Positions 38,997 to 52,661 of a stretch of DNA of 64,000 bases are shown one piece after another. The DNA lies in contig JBEWZL010000079.1 in NCBI GenBank assembly GCA_045837725.1, forward strand, positions 1 through 64,000. Reading direction: 5' to 3'. The notes below the pieces were generated by a model. The model did not search any database and was not told the origin of the DNA. It saw only the letters and a program-made list of their open reading frames with translations. How positions within the stretch are numbered: the stretch's first letter is position 1; each line of letters starts with the position of its first letter. The DNA is from Vermamoeba vermiformis. Its lineage: Eukaryota. Position numbers and translations under genes: made by a program.

Positions 38997-39746
38997 TTAT
39001 TTATCCTCGTCATCGTGACCCTCCTCAGCGTCACCTTGCAAGTCGGATGTCCACAAAGTCAAGTTGTCACGCAACAATTGCATAATAACTGTGCTATCCT
39101 TGTAGCTATCTTCGGATAATTTGTCCAATTCGGTAATAGCGTCGTCGAAGGCTTGCTTGGCGAGTTGGCAGGCCTTGTCGGGGCTGTTCAAGATCTCGTA
39201 GTAAAACACAGAGAAGTTCAAGGCCAATCCGAGGCGAATAGGGTGAGTAGAGGCCAAATCCTTGGCGGCAATATCGGCGGCAGACTTGTAGGAGTCGTGG
39301 GAGTGGTCAGCGGATTCCTTGCGAGCATCTCCAGTCTTGAATTCAGCGAGGTATCTCCAGTAGTCACCCTTCATCTTGTAATAGAAGACCTTTGACTCGG
39401 CGCTTTGTGAAGAGGGAATCAAGTGGTTGTCCAACACGTTAAGGATGTCTTGGCAGATCTTGTTGAGCTCTTCTTCAACCTTCTTTCTGTAATCTCGGAT
39501 GCGACGAACATTATTTTCGTTGCCCTTGTTCTCTTCCTTCTGTTCAATCGAGGAAATGATTCTCCATGAAGCTCTGCGCGAACCAACAACGTTCTTGTAG
39601 GCAACAGAGAGCAAATTTCGCTCTTCAACAGTTAATTCGACATTCAGATCGGCAACTTTCTTCATTGCCTCGACCATTTCGTCGTAGCGTTCAGCTTGCT
39701 CAGAGAGCTTAGCCATGTAGACGTTGTCTTCGCGAGATTCAGCCAT
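38997..39746 (-). CDS. 14-3-3 protein (intronless)
   Basis: AEQAERY-type [54 protein letters not shown]. Confidence 0.98.
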   Translation of the reverse strand: MAESREDNVYMAKLSEQAERYDEMVEAMKKVADLNVELTVEERNLLSVAYKNVVGSRRASWRIISSIEQKEENKGNENNVRRIRDYRKKVEEELNKICQDILNVLDNHLIPSSQSAESKVFYYKMKGDYWRYLAEFKTGDARKESADHSHDSYKSAADIAAKDLASTHPIRLGLALNFSVFYYEILNSPDKACQLAKQAFDDAITELDKLSEDSYKDSTVIMQLLRDNLTLWTSDLQGDAEEGHDDEDK

Positions 39747-40465
39747 TGTTGTATTGTGTGTGGGAGGTGATTGAATTAAATTGAAAATAAAATCTTTTGA
39801 CATTTGTAGGTGCCCTGGTTCATCACGTGCTAGATATGATCAAGATACGACGCCGTTTATTATTGATATGCCGTGAGTTAGTGTACAACAGCTGGGCTCT
39901 AAATATGACGCAATCTTCGGATGTCAAATCTCATCGTGTGTTGACAAAAAAGATATTTTTATAAGCTGAAAATCATTGTCCTATAAACACGCCTATCCCA
40001 GTAAGTAATATTTATTCGACAATTATCGATTTAATATTAATTAAATACTAAATTACCTTTACCGCCTTTTCATCTCGATCGAAATTCAAATTCCCTAATC
40101 TTTCATTTCGATAATAAGTAAATTCCTCCATAATTTTTATCCACGTCCATATCGTAGATTATTCACATTCGTCAAGACTAGAACGTGAATTATTCCGAGC
40201 GCAACCTCAGTTTCTCGTGATCTGCTTCTCACGACAGCCCTTTCATTGTAGATTGACTACGTCAGTTGTGTTCATGAACAATAAGGATAAAGAAGTCTGA
40301 GAGTGTGAGTTTCAGCCGGCTTTCCATTTTTTTGATCGGTTTTCATGAACGGTCAGAGAAAAAATCAAAATTGATCGCGTCTTTTGGTCATTTTATAATA
40401 GTTTTGCTACTCTAGCAACACAAAAGACATAGTATTTTATTATATACATTTTTAATTGTTCTACA

Positions 40466-41661
40466 ATGGCCGACAGCGAAGATCAAAACACTGAGCAATG
40501 GCTCAAGAGTACCTTGCTTAGCCACGCGTTGCCCGGCGTATTTCTTAAAGGAAAATCAGTTGTTAGCGTCAGTAGAAACGATCCTATCGCCAAAGCCTTC
40601 AAGCTCATGGTCGAACACAAAATCCACTCAGTAGCCGTCTTCGATCCGACGTCCAAGAAGTATAGAGCATTCCTCGATATTCTTGACATCTTATGTCACG
40701 CTATGAACACCTTCCACTTGGCCGAGCTGGAGAGATCTTTTTCGATGATCTCGGTGCACGACCACTTCAGCAAGCACACGTGCGGCGAGCTCGCTAATAT
40801 CTCTGAACGATCGGCTTATTTGCAAGTTAATGACGACGTGTCTCTTTGGGACATTTTGGAGTTCTTCGTTGTTGCTGATGCAGTTCAAAGGTACCATCCC
40901 GTTTAATGAAACGTTTAGAGGAATACTTTTTCGAGTTTATCATCCTCATGCTACCATACTAATATTGTCTATTGTAGAGTAGCAGTAGTTACTAAAAAAG
41001 AAGAGATTGTTGGCGTCTGCTCTCGTCTGCGCCTGATCCACTTTTTCTCGCCTCATATTCTCAAATTCAGCATTGCTCGTAAATCGATCCAAGACATCAA
41101 GCTCGTAAGTATACCACTAATAGTAATCTTTCATATGAAGAAGTTCAATCAATCAAGATCTCGGAAATTTGACAAATTGACACGATCAAGTTTCGTTCAC
41201 TGAACGCGGTGACAAAGTGTCGGATCACAGTATTAATAATATAATGGTAGGGCATCAAGAAGGTGATTACAGTGAAGGCTAATTCAGCGGTCTCAGAGGC
41301 ATTCAAGCTGATCCGCGATCAAGGTTTGAACAGTGTGGGCGTGGTTCATGAAGACAATGGACAATTGATCGGAAATATCTCCGCGTCGGATCTCAAAGTC
41401 GTAGGTCTTACCGGCGAGCTCTTTGGTAGAATGCTCTTATCTTGCCGTCAATACTTGACCTTGATCCCGTCGAACCCGAACTTCACTTACCCGATCAGCG
41501 TGAATACGTCAACTACCGTTGAAGAATTGATCAAAAAGTTTGATATTGCTCATGTGCATCGCATCTACGTGGTTGATAATCAGCAAATGCCTGTTGGTAT
41601 TGTCAGTGTTTACGACGTGCTGAAGGCTCTCAAGGAAGACGTTGAAACTATGGACAAATAG
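40466..41661 (+). CDS. CBS-domain protein (AMPK-gamma/SDS23-like)
   Basis: Four CBS-like repeats (AFKLMVEHKIHSVAV, GNISASDLK, HVHRIYVVD...GIVSVYDVL). Confidence 0.85.
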
Positions 41662-41923
41662 TGCTGCTAATTACGATGTTTTAGCTGGTGTAGGATATTA
41701 ACGTTGCATGTAAATAATATAAAGACGATTGAGTATTGTCATATCTGGCCATTTACTTCGTTAACTTCAAAGTAGGTCCACAGTGCGATCCAGGCTCTGA
41801 AAGTGTTCAGTCCTCTTTCTTCATTTGGAGCCGTGAAGCGTGCTGGGTTTTACTGGCGATAATTTGGTCGCTGTTGCCAACCTATCATTTAGGGACGGAT
41901 CTCGAGTGTATCAACGTGGTTCC

Positions 41924-43067
41924 TTAATCCAAATACTTCTTTAATATCGAATAGTCCTTTGTATAGTGATAGAATAGTTGATCTTCGTCATATTTATATT
42001 CTTGGCCAATCGCAATGGCGTCTCTGAGCGCGATCCATTTCATGTACGGTTCGTGATCTTAAGTAGGTTCAAATAAGTTACAAAATTGACATATAAGAAT
42101 GTAAATATAGTACCTGATTCATCTTGCGAAGCGTACATTGCCTCCGAGAGCATCTACAATCAAATAATTATTAAAAAATAAATGACAAAAAATAAAATAA
42201 TTGGCAATTTGTATTAATGACGACCGGCGCCAAATTCTAATATGATAAAATATATTGCATAGATTAAAATACCTTTTCTAATAATTCAGTTTGCTGAGCC
42301 ACGGGATCTTGGAGATCAACAAACTCTTCATCTTTTGGCCCATCTGTATCAACTACAACGACAGCTCTGTTCGAAATAGTTAGTTAATGTCTTATAATAT
42401 TAATATTTTATTACCTTAGCGCGAACCACGGTCCATAAACTGGATGAATGCTCAAATGGATCGGATGCAGGTAAGCTAATCCGGAAACATGGCTTATTTT
42501 CTGCATGGAAACTAGTCTACCTAATTAAAAATATTAATTAAGCACGTTCACTATTTAAGCACGTCTATTAAACGTACCTTTTCGAACTTCATTAGCATAG
42601 CGGATGTCATGAACGAGTTTCTCCCGTTCTAATAACGGTTTAAATATTGAGTCGATGGTGTCTTTTGTATATACATCTATAGGATGTGGAGAGTCTTGCA
42701 GTTTCTTATTTGACTTGTATTGAGCGACGAACGGGGTCCAAAAGTGTTTTGTATTTCCGATCAAGATCCCCAATGTGTTGGATCGATTAAAAGTAGGCAG
42801 TTTGTGGTCTACATGGACTGTTTCATTATACCTATGTTGTGACAGAATTTTAGACCGCGTCCTCTGGTAGAACGTAATTTTTGAGATTTGGATTTGCAAT
42901 ACTGGGTGTATTTTAACGATGGAATTAATAAATATTTATTCAAATATATTCGTATATTATTGTGCACGTGTAGAAAGTTTAACTAACCATTTAACTTGAA
43001 AGGGCTTGATGAGATCAAATCCCTTGTCTTTCAACGTGCTCGTAACAGTGCTTAATATCTTGTTCAT
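41924..43067 (-). CDS. MMACHC: Cobalamin-processing CblC/MMACHC-like protein
   Basis: GFDLIKPFQVKWY, LIGNTKHFWTPF, HPID, MQKISHVSGLAY, IHPVYGPWFALRAVV. Confidence 0.8.
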
Positions 43068-43278
43068 ATTTAATATAATATATATTGTACTTTTATGGTA
43101 CTTTGTGCTGGTTACGGAGTCGCACGGACAAAAATAGTTCGTTGAACGTCTGCATTTTCCCAATTTTCGCCCACAATGAACAATATCACGGGTGCTGCTA
43201 ATTTTTTGCGAGGTAAATTCCATCAGACTAAAGAGAATTTGCCTGGCGTTATTCGCGATGTATTCGAGCAAGACTCTT

Positions 43279-46200
43279 ATGAAGGATCTTTTGAAGTCTC
43301 ATTGAAGTTGAGTAAGTACTTAATATTATGACGTTGTTGCAAAAAATAACGACATATCGATTAGAAGTACCTCGAATAATTTAAACAAATTTTAACGAAT
43401 TTTTAAAAATGTTCAAATTTAAATTTCGGCATCCAGACCCAAACCGCTTTGTTTTTTCCACTGATTAATGCTATTATTTAGAAAATGGAGTTCAAACAAA
43501 ATTTACGCTCGATTTTTCGAAGGAGTTGCGAAAGAACGACTACGATTTTTCGGAGCAAGCCCGTCTCGAGTTAGGTTTATCGAGCATTGACGAAATATAT
43601 CTTCAAACCGAAGAATTGGGCATCGCTTCATTGCCTCCACACGATTTGAGACTAAAGTAAGTTATTAAAGTCCTTCTTTGTAACTGAACTTCCTTTTTAG
43701 GAAAATGCCTTCCTTCCTCACAAAAATGACCAATCTTACGTCTCTTCGTTTGGAAAATCATAAACTTGTATCATTGAGCCTTCAGACTCTTCAGCCACTC
43801 CAAAAATTACAAAATTTGGCCTTGATCAACTGCGAGATCCGCGTGCTGTCCGAATTGACGAAGATTAAGCAGCTCAAAGTCCTCGATTTATCTTCTAATT
43901 TATTAGAGGAGCTTATTTCTGACTTTGGTAAGCTTAGCTTTTCCTTTTGCCAACAATTAAAACTAACGGTTCTATTTTTAGGCGAGATGAGCAATCTCGA
44001 AGTGCTAAATTTAGAAGACAACAAGTTGACCTTCGTCTTCAATAATATTAGCAAGGTCAACTTGCCCAACTTACGCGAGATTAATTTATCGAAGAACATG
44101 GTACGCTTTTATTTTTTGTTACCTCGGATCGAGATCTGACTTTGATTTTCAGCTTGGTACGCCATACGGATCGATCCCTGGCTTCTCGGGCAAATCTAAT
44201 CAACTCCCGTCGTTCGAGTCACTGAAGAGCCTAAAGATCGTCGTAAGTTATTATTTTGAAAGTCGATCCGGATCTGGCTATTAATCATGTATTGTAGATG
44301 CTCTCTAAAAATTACTATGAAGAGATTCCATCACAATTGATGCAATTAAGTAAACTCGAAGAAGTTGCCATTGAAGACAACAAAGTTAAAAAACTGCCGA
44401 AAAATCTCGCGGATCTTGCCGCACTCACCAAATTGAACGTGAGCGGCAACAAGTTAAGATCGATCGATGGTACGCATTGAAATTTCACTGAAATTCACAT
44501 GCATAACTAAAATCGTCGTTTCAGAGGCTTGCAACTGTCCCAATTTGATCTTCCTTGCCGCTTCAAATAACGAAATTGAAAAAATTCCCGAAGACATTGC
44601 CAAGTTAAAAGAGCTTCGTACATTGAGTTTGGACAACAACAGAATTTCTGCAATGCCTGATGCTCTGTTCACTTTGGTCTTATTGAACAAGCTTCATTTG
44701 AACGACAACAAAATCGAACAATTGCCGCTGAAAATTCAAAACTTGGTTAATTTGTTAGAATTTAACATTGCCGAAAACAAATTGCAAGATATTCCTACTG
44801 GTAAGGTCCAAAAGATTATAGATTAATTATTGCGTTAACCATTCTTTGCAGAAATTTCCGCGTTGAACAAGTTGCTCAAGTTGGATCTGTCAAATAACTC
44901 GCTCAAAGGCCTTCCTTATGGCATTGGCAGTTTGACTCAGGTAAAACAAGAAAAAAAAAAAAAAGAGATCTCAAAATGAACCGTTAATAATTTTATATTT
45001 TTAGCTTAAAGTTCTCGGCTTGACTGGCAACAAGTTGCAAATTATTCCTGCTACATTCAGCAACATTCGTTTATTGACTGAACTTACTGTCGCAAATATT
45101 ATGGTTTATCACGGTACGAAAAAAAGACGATCTTAATTAATTAGTGATCGTTAATTTATAACCAATCTTTGCAGATGCGTACAGTCAAATTCAAGCTAAG
45201 ACTATCGATGCCACGGCTTCGAAAAAAGATTCAGAAAAGAATATGACGCAATTGGTCGTGTTGAGCAGAATGGCCATTCATCCAATGCTTATTTTTGCCT
45301 TAGCTTATGCTTCAGGAAAAGGTAACAGTTTTTCACGTGCAACCAAAAAACTGCATTTATTCTTATTCTGAGACTAATTGAATTATTCCAGACAGCGAAA
45401 ATTCCTCGGCCTTTGTGCAAGAAGGCGGCATTGACGAGTTGTTGCGCATTATCAAGTCGTCAGCTGACAAGGAGTTGCAGTACACCGCCATCAACTCGTT
45501 GAAACTGATGTCTATGAACGGTACGTGAAACAATTATTGCCTTGTAAAAAAACCGAACTAATTCCTGGCATTTTAGAGGAAATTAGCGATCGTGCCAAGA
45601 CTATTATTCCCGTAAGAAAATTTAATTGTAAAAAAGTACGATGGAAGCTTAATTAATTGTGGAATTTAGAGCTTGTTAGAGGTTCTCGTCAACTTGGTGA
45701 AAACTTCAAAAGACAACGAGATTATTGCCAATGCATTAGACATATTTGGCAATCTCGTGCTGAGTGGTCAGTACAACTTATAATATTATCGATTGTTAGG
45801 CTATCTAAACTCAGCTTTTTTTCTTGCCAGCTGATATTCGAGACGAAGCGCATGCCAAGTACGGTCATGGTTTCATCAGTGATTTGTTGTCATCGGAGGT
45901 TCAATCGGTCCAAGAAGCTGCACGCAAAGCATTGGCTGCTTATGGCATTGTTGCATTCACTACAAAACCTGCGACAGGCAAGCGAGGCATCAGAATTCTC
46001 GGTAAGTTACTTCTTGGAAAAAATTCCTGATTATTTTTCATTTTTTGATTCGTTCGTTAGCTCTCGATGGCGGAGGTACCCGTGCTGTCGCTACCACGGA
46101 GATTTTAAAGGAGATTGAAGAAGCCACTGGCAAAAAGGTAGGACCAATTCTTCGAGCTGAAAAAAAGGTTCGTTTTGACTAGTTTTTCAGATTTACGAAA

Positions 46201-47366
46201 TGTTCGATATGGTTGCTGGTGTATCAACTGGTGCGATTATTAGTCAGTTCTCGGCAATCAGAAAGTTGAACATGGAGCAGATCCAACAGAAATATCGAAC
46301 ACTGTGCACGGCCATCTTTTCAACAAAATCAAAAACTGACAAAGCGACTGATAGCTTTGTCAATAATAACAAGGCTTGGCAGAAATTGGTCGGAATTAAG
46401 AGTTTGTTCAGAGTAAGCAGATTGCCTAATTAGGATGAAATTTCATTTGACACGTGATATTTTTTTCAGACGGGCTCGTTGTACAACAGTCAGAGTTACG
46501 AGAACATTTGTTTGGCTGAGTGTGGTCCTGCGCGTATGATTGACACTGCAGCCACCACAGATGTCAAAGTCTTGTTCATTACAACGTCCGTCAGTTACGT
46601 GCCACTGGAGCCACGTGTCATCAGAAACTACAACTTGCCGCCTGGTGTCACTTCGAAGTACATCGGTGACGCTAACTGGCCTGGATGGTACGTACTATTG
46701 TATACTTTAGTATACCTTGTCGACTTATAATTTTTACTTTAGGCTCGGAGTTCGTGCTTCTAGTGCAGCGCCGCCATACTTTGAAGAGTGCAAGGTCAGC
46801 AACGAGACGTTTGTTGACGGAGGTCTCGTGATCAACAACCCAACGGCAGTGGCCATTCATGAAGCAAAGTTGTTGTGGCCCGACAGACCGATCGACTTGG
46901 TGCTGTCTCTCGGAACAGGTAAACAAATTTGTGCAAAGTTTAGTTAATGTGCTAACATTTCCTTTTTAGGCAAACCACCTCGCACTGAAGTCAAGGACAA
47001 AAACTTCTATCTCACTATGGCTAATGCGCTCGTTGATTCTGCTACTGAAATTGACAAGTAAGATCCAATCCGTGAAAATCGCTTGCCATAAAAGGAAATT
47101 AATCTTTGTTTTTCAGAACGCACCAAATAGTCGAAACATTTATGCCTGCAAACACTTACTTCCGATTCCAATTTGCTAATCCTGCGTTTTCGTGCGATTT
47201 GGTAAGTCCTCGTTAAAAAATACTATTTTTGTACGGTGACTTATTGTCATTGTAGGACGAAACTAATGCAAAGAAATTGGATGCTATGCAAACAGCAGCA
47301 CGAGATTTCTTGGCTGAGAACAAAGCGAGCTTTGACGCTGTCGTGAAAATTTTGTCGCAAGAATAG
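43279..47366 (+). CDS. LRR + armadillo-like + patatin phospholipase (iPLA2-like)
   Basis: Many LxxLxLxxN repeats, then DGGGTR, GVSTG, SAAPPYF and DGG motifs. Confidence 0.9.
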
Positions 47367-47399
47367 AAACAACAGACTTTTTTTACATAATACAATGAG

Positions 47400-49147
47400 T
47401 TAATACTTGGTGTTAATCGATAATTTCTCGAATAAAGACTCGGGTAGTATATCTTGTAGTTCAATTGGGTGCCAGTTATCTTTGTTCTTGCGGATGTGTT
47501 TCAAACAGAGCTCGGTAAGAGTACCAACACCCTTCAGTTTCAATGAAAGTAATTGGCCTAAAGGTTTCTTCTCATCTTCTTCCCTGCGCGACCTTTTATT
47601 ATTAGCCTGCCTAAAATAGCTATTTTTCAACTCTTACCATGACTCAGTAGTGCTAAAAGTCACGTATAAATTGTTGCCGTCAGGTGAAAAGTCAAGTCCT
47701 GTGTTACGAAAAGGTGCTTTGACATTTTCTCGTGGCAACGTGAACTTTTGGACTATTTGAAAGGTCGTATAATCGACAATATAAACGTGACCAACATTAG
47801 CAGCCGCGTAAGCCAAAAGTTTTTGATTTGAATTTGGATGAAATTTCACGTTCTCTATCGCATGAATTCTCCAGTATTCCTCCTCGTCTTCCTTAAGCAC
47901 TTGTGGAACTCCGTAAGTGGCTACTAATTGAATGTCCAAATCGTTGTTTGACTCCACTTTGAACGAGAATAAATAGACTTCCCCGTGCTCGCAAGACACT
48001 GCAAAGCAAGATTCATCGGGGGCCCAGTGAGCTGTGTGACAATTACCTAGATTCGGTGAGTTACTGTTATTACCATATAAGGAAATATCATGACAAAGAC
48101 CTACCTAGCACACCAAAAGTTTTACGTATTTTGTAAACACACCTGCCGTTGTCAGGCACTATTTCATACACATAAATCTGAGCCATTCATGAGTACTATT
48201 TTCCGCGAATAAAATAATTTTATACGTACTTGTTGTTTATCGCCAATCGCAACCATGAATCTGTTCGAAGGAGAAACCTATTGGTTTGAACGATTAATTA
48301 TTCATAATAATAATATTATATTTTAGATCTTACGCCGACGCCTCCTGCACATGTTTTGTAAGCGACAAGTGGCACGGGAATTGCGTGAACGAGTTGTAAA
48401 CTTTCAACTTCGAATGCTAATTTGCGTCGTTAGTAATTAAAGCAATTAAATAATAGCCTCGGTATTACATACTCTTTATGGCGAGGTTCCAAGAATTTAG
48501 AGCGACTACAACGTAATCTTTGCCGTCGTATTCGTAAAAGCTGAATCCGTTCACCATTTCGTACGCCTCTGATTTGCTGATTTGAGATACTCTAATTATG
48601 AGGTCAATATTGTGCCGAAATATATAAGTCTTGAGTTTAAATTAAAACGTATGTACTTACTGCAGGGATCCCAAAGTTAACCTCGATATCGTTCCTTCCA
48701 TATCGCCAAAAAATACATAATTTTTGTGTGCTTTAATGGCTGTTAACGGATTGTAATTAACGGTGTTTGACACATCGCAAAGCACGCGAATCTGAATTAA
48801 TTTGGATCAGAAAAATCTCAGAATAACCAAAATAAATTATCTTAATTTACCTTCTTTTGTTCTCGATTAAATTCTAAAATTTTATCCGTTCCACAAATAA
48901 ATAAGCAGTCAGGATAAAGCGGTGTGCAAGTTATTCGATCTCGCAATTGACTGTGTCCTTGGAGCCCTTCGTAGATATCATAAATATATTCGCACACATT
49001 TGGCTCTTTAAACACTAATGGCTCGAAGAAATCTTGCGGATCTTCCGTTTCAATTTTTCTTTCTTTCGTGATAGGCCTTACATCCACAAGATTTAGCTCT
49101 GCTGGTGGACCTACTGGTTGAACAATCAACGGTGCAGCTTGTTCCAT
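47400..49147 (-). CDS. WD40-repeat protein
   Basis: Beta-propeller segments VSPSNRFMVAIGD, VHWAPDESCFAVSC, VKFHPN, LDFSPDGNNL. Confidence 0.7.
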
Positions 49148-49330
49148 CAAATAATCTTGTCTATGGGTGTGAGTTGTGATTTTTGGCGTAAATGGGACGG
49201 TCTGTGACCCTAGGAAAGAAGTTTGGTCAAAAAAATTGATTCGAGCCACAGGCGTCAACATTGCAACGTAAAATTGACTATAATACCTCACGGAAACATA
49301 AGCAATTGACTTAGTCTAGTGCACGTGCAA

Positions 49331-51520
49331 ATGGAGGAAGACGGAATGTAAGATCTCGATTTTCGGAACGGACTTTAAATAACAATTATATTAGGGCCGG
49401 CATATTGTCACTGCCATATGATGCAATTACTTTAATACTACAGTGGCTCTCTATGAATGACCTGGGCCGCGCTGCATCCGTGAACAAATTATTTGGGACG
49501 CTCAGCAATCAGAATTTGGTTTGGAAGGTAAGGTTTACGTTCTAATTAAATTATTGAATACATAAATAATATTTTAAAAAATTATTTTGCACAACGATAA
49601 GAATTTTTTGAGATCCGGATGTTTACTTCTGGAGCTTTGAACGACATCCAATAACATTATTATAGCACCGATATTTCGTGGACTATAAGGTCAAATCGAT
49701 GAATTATGACGGCAGCTGGAAAGATCTGTACAAGAAAATGCAGCCAATGATCAATTTGAAGAATAAATCGTAAGTAACAGCGTGATTGCATTAATAATTC
49801 AAAATATTAATAAATATATTTAGGTTTGTATATAGAGTGACTAGCAAGTCATTTCGAATGCCTAGACAAAACGCTACAATTATGGCGGATTGGCATAGCA
49901 GTCAAAATGTTGCTGTAGTGCATTGGACGCAATATAATCGAGGGTAAAATACTAATAATATTTTATATTAATAGTATATTAATATTTTTGGGCTTAGATC
50001 TTACGCTGAGAACGATTTATTGTCGACGGAGTTAATGGATCTGAACAATTTATCATACACGCCTATTAAATCCACCTTGCCGCGAATGAGTTATATTCCA
50101 GTAGGCAATTATTTTGCTGGATTTAGGAAGGGCAATAGTGCTGGCACTGGTACAGTTTATATTTTCAAAAGAGAACTGGATTTGCCTGGCACCCCGTTAT
50201 ACGTCCTACGTAAGTTTATTTTTAGCCTATAAATAATTAGCATAATTATTTATATTTTATGCGTATTTAGGTCGCGAAAAAGACGGCAGAAGACCAAATC
50301 TGTCGACCGAAGGAAAATATCTGATGCATTATTCCGTGACGTTGAATCGGTACGCCGAACATTTTATCAATTTTATTTTAATTACTAAATTTGGAAATGT
50401 TTACAGTGCTATGGATATTGGAATCCACGTCTCGGCAAAAATTTATGATTTCGAAGCCTCGGGCGATACTCCGATAGCTACCTTTTCCTTTTATGGCAAT
50501 GTTTGGCAGTTCACGGAAGATTACATCATTCATACGAGAACGGGAGACTATTCTAACGAAGTACGAGTGTTTGAGTGGCGAAAGGTAAACTCTAAAAAAA
50601 AAATTTATTTCTATTATTATTTCCTTATTTATCCTTTTTAGGTCAAAGGTGTCGTCGATGACAAAGACGATATGGTGTTTCTTCATGATCATACAATTAA
50701 GTGTGTAGCGATTCACGATCACAAAGTAAGTTTGACAATTCATCGTTCGATGCATCGGATTAACCACGCTATGCTTAGTTATTGTGCTATAGTGTAGAAG
50801 GACCATGTTATTTGACACTATGGGATATTAAAACACAAAAAAAGATCAAACAATTTGCCACGTTTCCGTTGGTAAAATGTCCGGTAAGTTTATTGCAGTA
50901 AAAGTCGATCAATACTAAGTTTATTGCTATAGGGCGTCTCATTAGCCTATATAAACAGCTTTTGTTATATTGGCTTGAAGAGAACGCAAGACGTTTGGAA
51001 ACATGCTTTTTTCGATCTCGATCGAGAAGATCTGGTCCGAGTGTTCGAGCTTGACGGAGAATTTTCTTCAATATTGCCACTAGAAGACGAGAATAATATA
51101 TTTTCTGGCAAATTTTTGGTTACTACGACCGAGAACGATGGAATTTTGGATCTTTGTCACCCGTTGATGGCTCATACTTTTGACGTCCTGATTATCCCAA
51201 CAACGATAGAAAACATAACGAATCTTGCTGCAGACACGCTAGCTCGGCACTCAGTCACATTTGGACAACTGGTAGCAGCGTTTACTACTATCTGTCAATG
51301 CCCGAATAGCTTGTACTTGGACTCGCATGTGGTATACCTTGAGCCCAAAAAGAAACGGTACGTAGCCGGCAAGTTATTTATTACAATTTATTTGTTCATG
51401 AAATGCAATTTTATTCGAAACGAGTGGCTTGAACGACAATGGATCCATTCGTTCGACTGCGTGAATTTTTTTTCCCGGTATTATCTGCAATCAGTACGGA
51501 CTTCCTGGACGGCGGATTAA
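49331..51520 (+). CDS. F-box protein with putative beta-propeller; 3' end uncertain
   Basis: LLLILQWLSMNDLGRAASVNKLFGTLSNQNLVWK, then SWKDLYK, followed by beta-rich exons. Confidence 0.65.
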
Positions 51521-52019
51521 TGTCACTTATTTAGATATACGCTGATTTTCAATGGTAAACATGCGGGAGAGCCATCGCCTGGTGTCACAAACTGGATTCG
51601 AAAATCATCGATAGAACATTATCGCAACACACCAGTCCAAGGTCTTGAATTCGGTTTGGATCCCGCTAAGAAGCCACAAGCACCTCGGTTTGCGTAAGTA
51701 GTAGTACTACGTTCAAAACGTTTAATTATCAACTTACGTACGTCTCTGCAGCTGGCGCCGAAACAATCCCGATTCTCCTTCTGCAGCAGGACTAACAGTG
51801 TACGGCCCTTGCGTGTTGATGAAAGAAGTGTGGACTGAAGCCCACGGCTTTGTGCCAAAAACGATTGGAAAGAAATTTCGATTTGATGTGTGACACACGT
51901 AAACGATCACATGATTACCAAAAGTGGAATCCGTTTCGTTATGACCTCTGCGTAATGGTAGTTTAATACTTTCTTGGATTGAATAACAACGAACGGCGCG
52001 AACGGGCACAGCGACGAAG

Positions 52020-52340
52020 ACGAGCGCGGGAGAGACACGGCACGAGCGGGGAGAGGGGGGGGAAGCGAAAAGAGGGAAGCGCAGGGAAAGGGGCGAAAAA
52101 GAGAGAGACGGCGGAAAGAGAGGGAGAAAGACACAACGAAACAGGCAACGAACCGCCGCGGAGGAGAAGGACCAAGGAGAAAACGAGGAGAGAGACAGGA
52201 GAGGAGAGGAGGGAAAAGAGGAGGGAGGAAGAGAAGGGGGGAGAACGGAGGAGGAGAGAAGAGAGGGAGAAAAGGGAAGGGAAAGGGAGAAGAGAAGGAA
52301 GGGGAGGAAGAAAGAAGGAAGGAGAAAAGAAGAGAGAGAA
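52020..52340 (+). repeat. Polypurine (GA-rich) low-complexity tract
   Basis: About 320 bp with almost no T, sharply unlike the flanking composition. Confidence 0.9.
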
Positions 52341-52500
52341 GAGTGACGTTGCTGCAAGAAACGTGTTGTTGCATCAAAACGAAGCGAAACTGACAGACTT
52401 TGGCATGTCACGCATTGTGGATGATGACAACAACGAGGCACAAGTTGCAAGTTCCGAGCAAATCATTTCACAACTTGAAGACGTTTTGTCGCGCTTGTAA
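52336..52500 (+). pseudogene. Tyrosine-kinase-like fragment
   Basis: DVAARNVLL...KLTDFGMSR (subdomains VIb-VII), then directly a C-terminal-like EQIISQLE; rest of the kinase domain absent. Confidence 0.6.
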
Positions 52501-52661
52501 AATTTACAATAACACTGATTCTGCTACATTGTGTCTGACAGCAAGACTAGCTTACGAAATTGCAACGTTTTCAAAATTAAAAAATACGATATTAGTATTG
52601 TGTCAAGACTCACCATTAACGTGAATCTAGATCGAAGAAAGAGACTGGGTCAAAGTAAATT

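Noticed and set aside
51734-52450. Long Ser/Pro/Leu/Phe-rich and Arg/Glu-rich ORFs
   Set aside because: By-products of the stop-poor polypurine tract.
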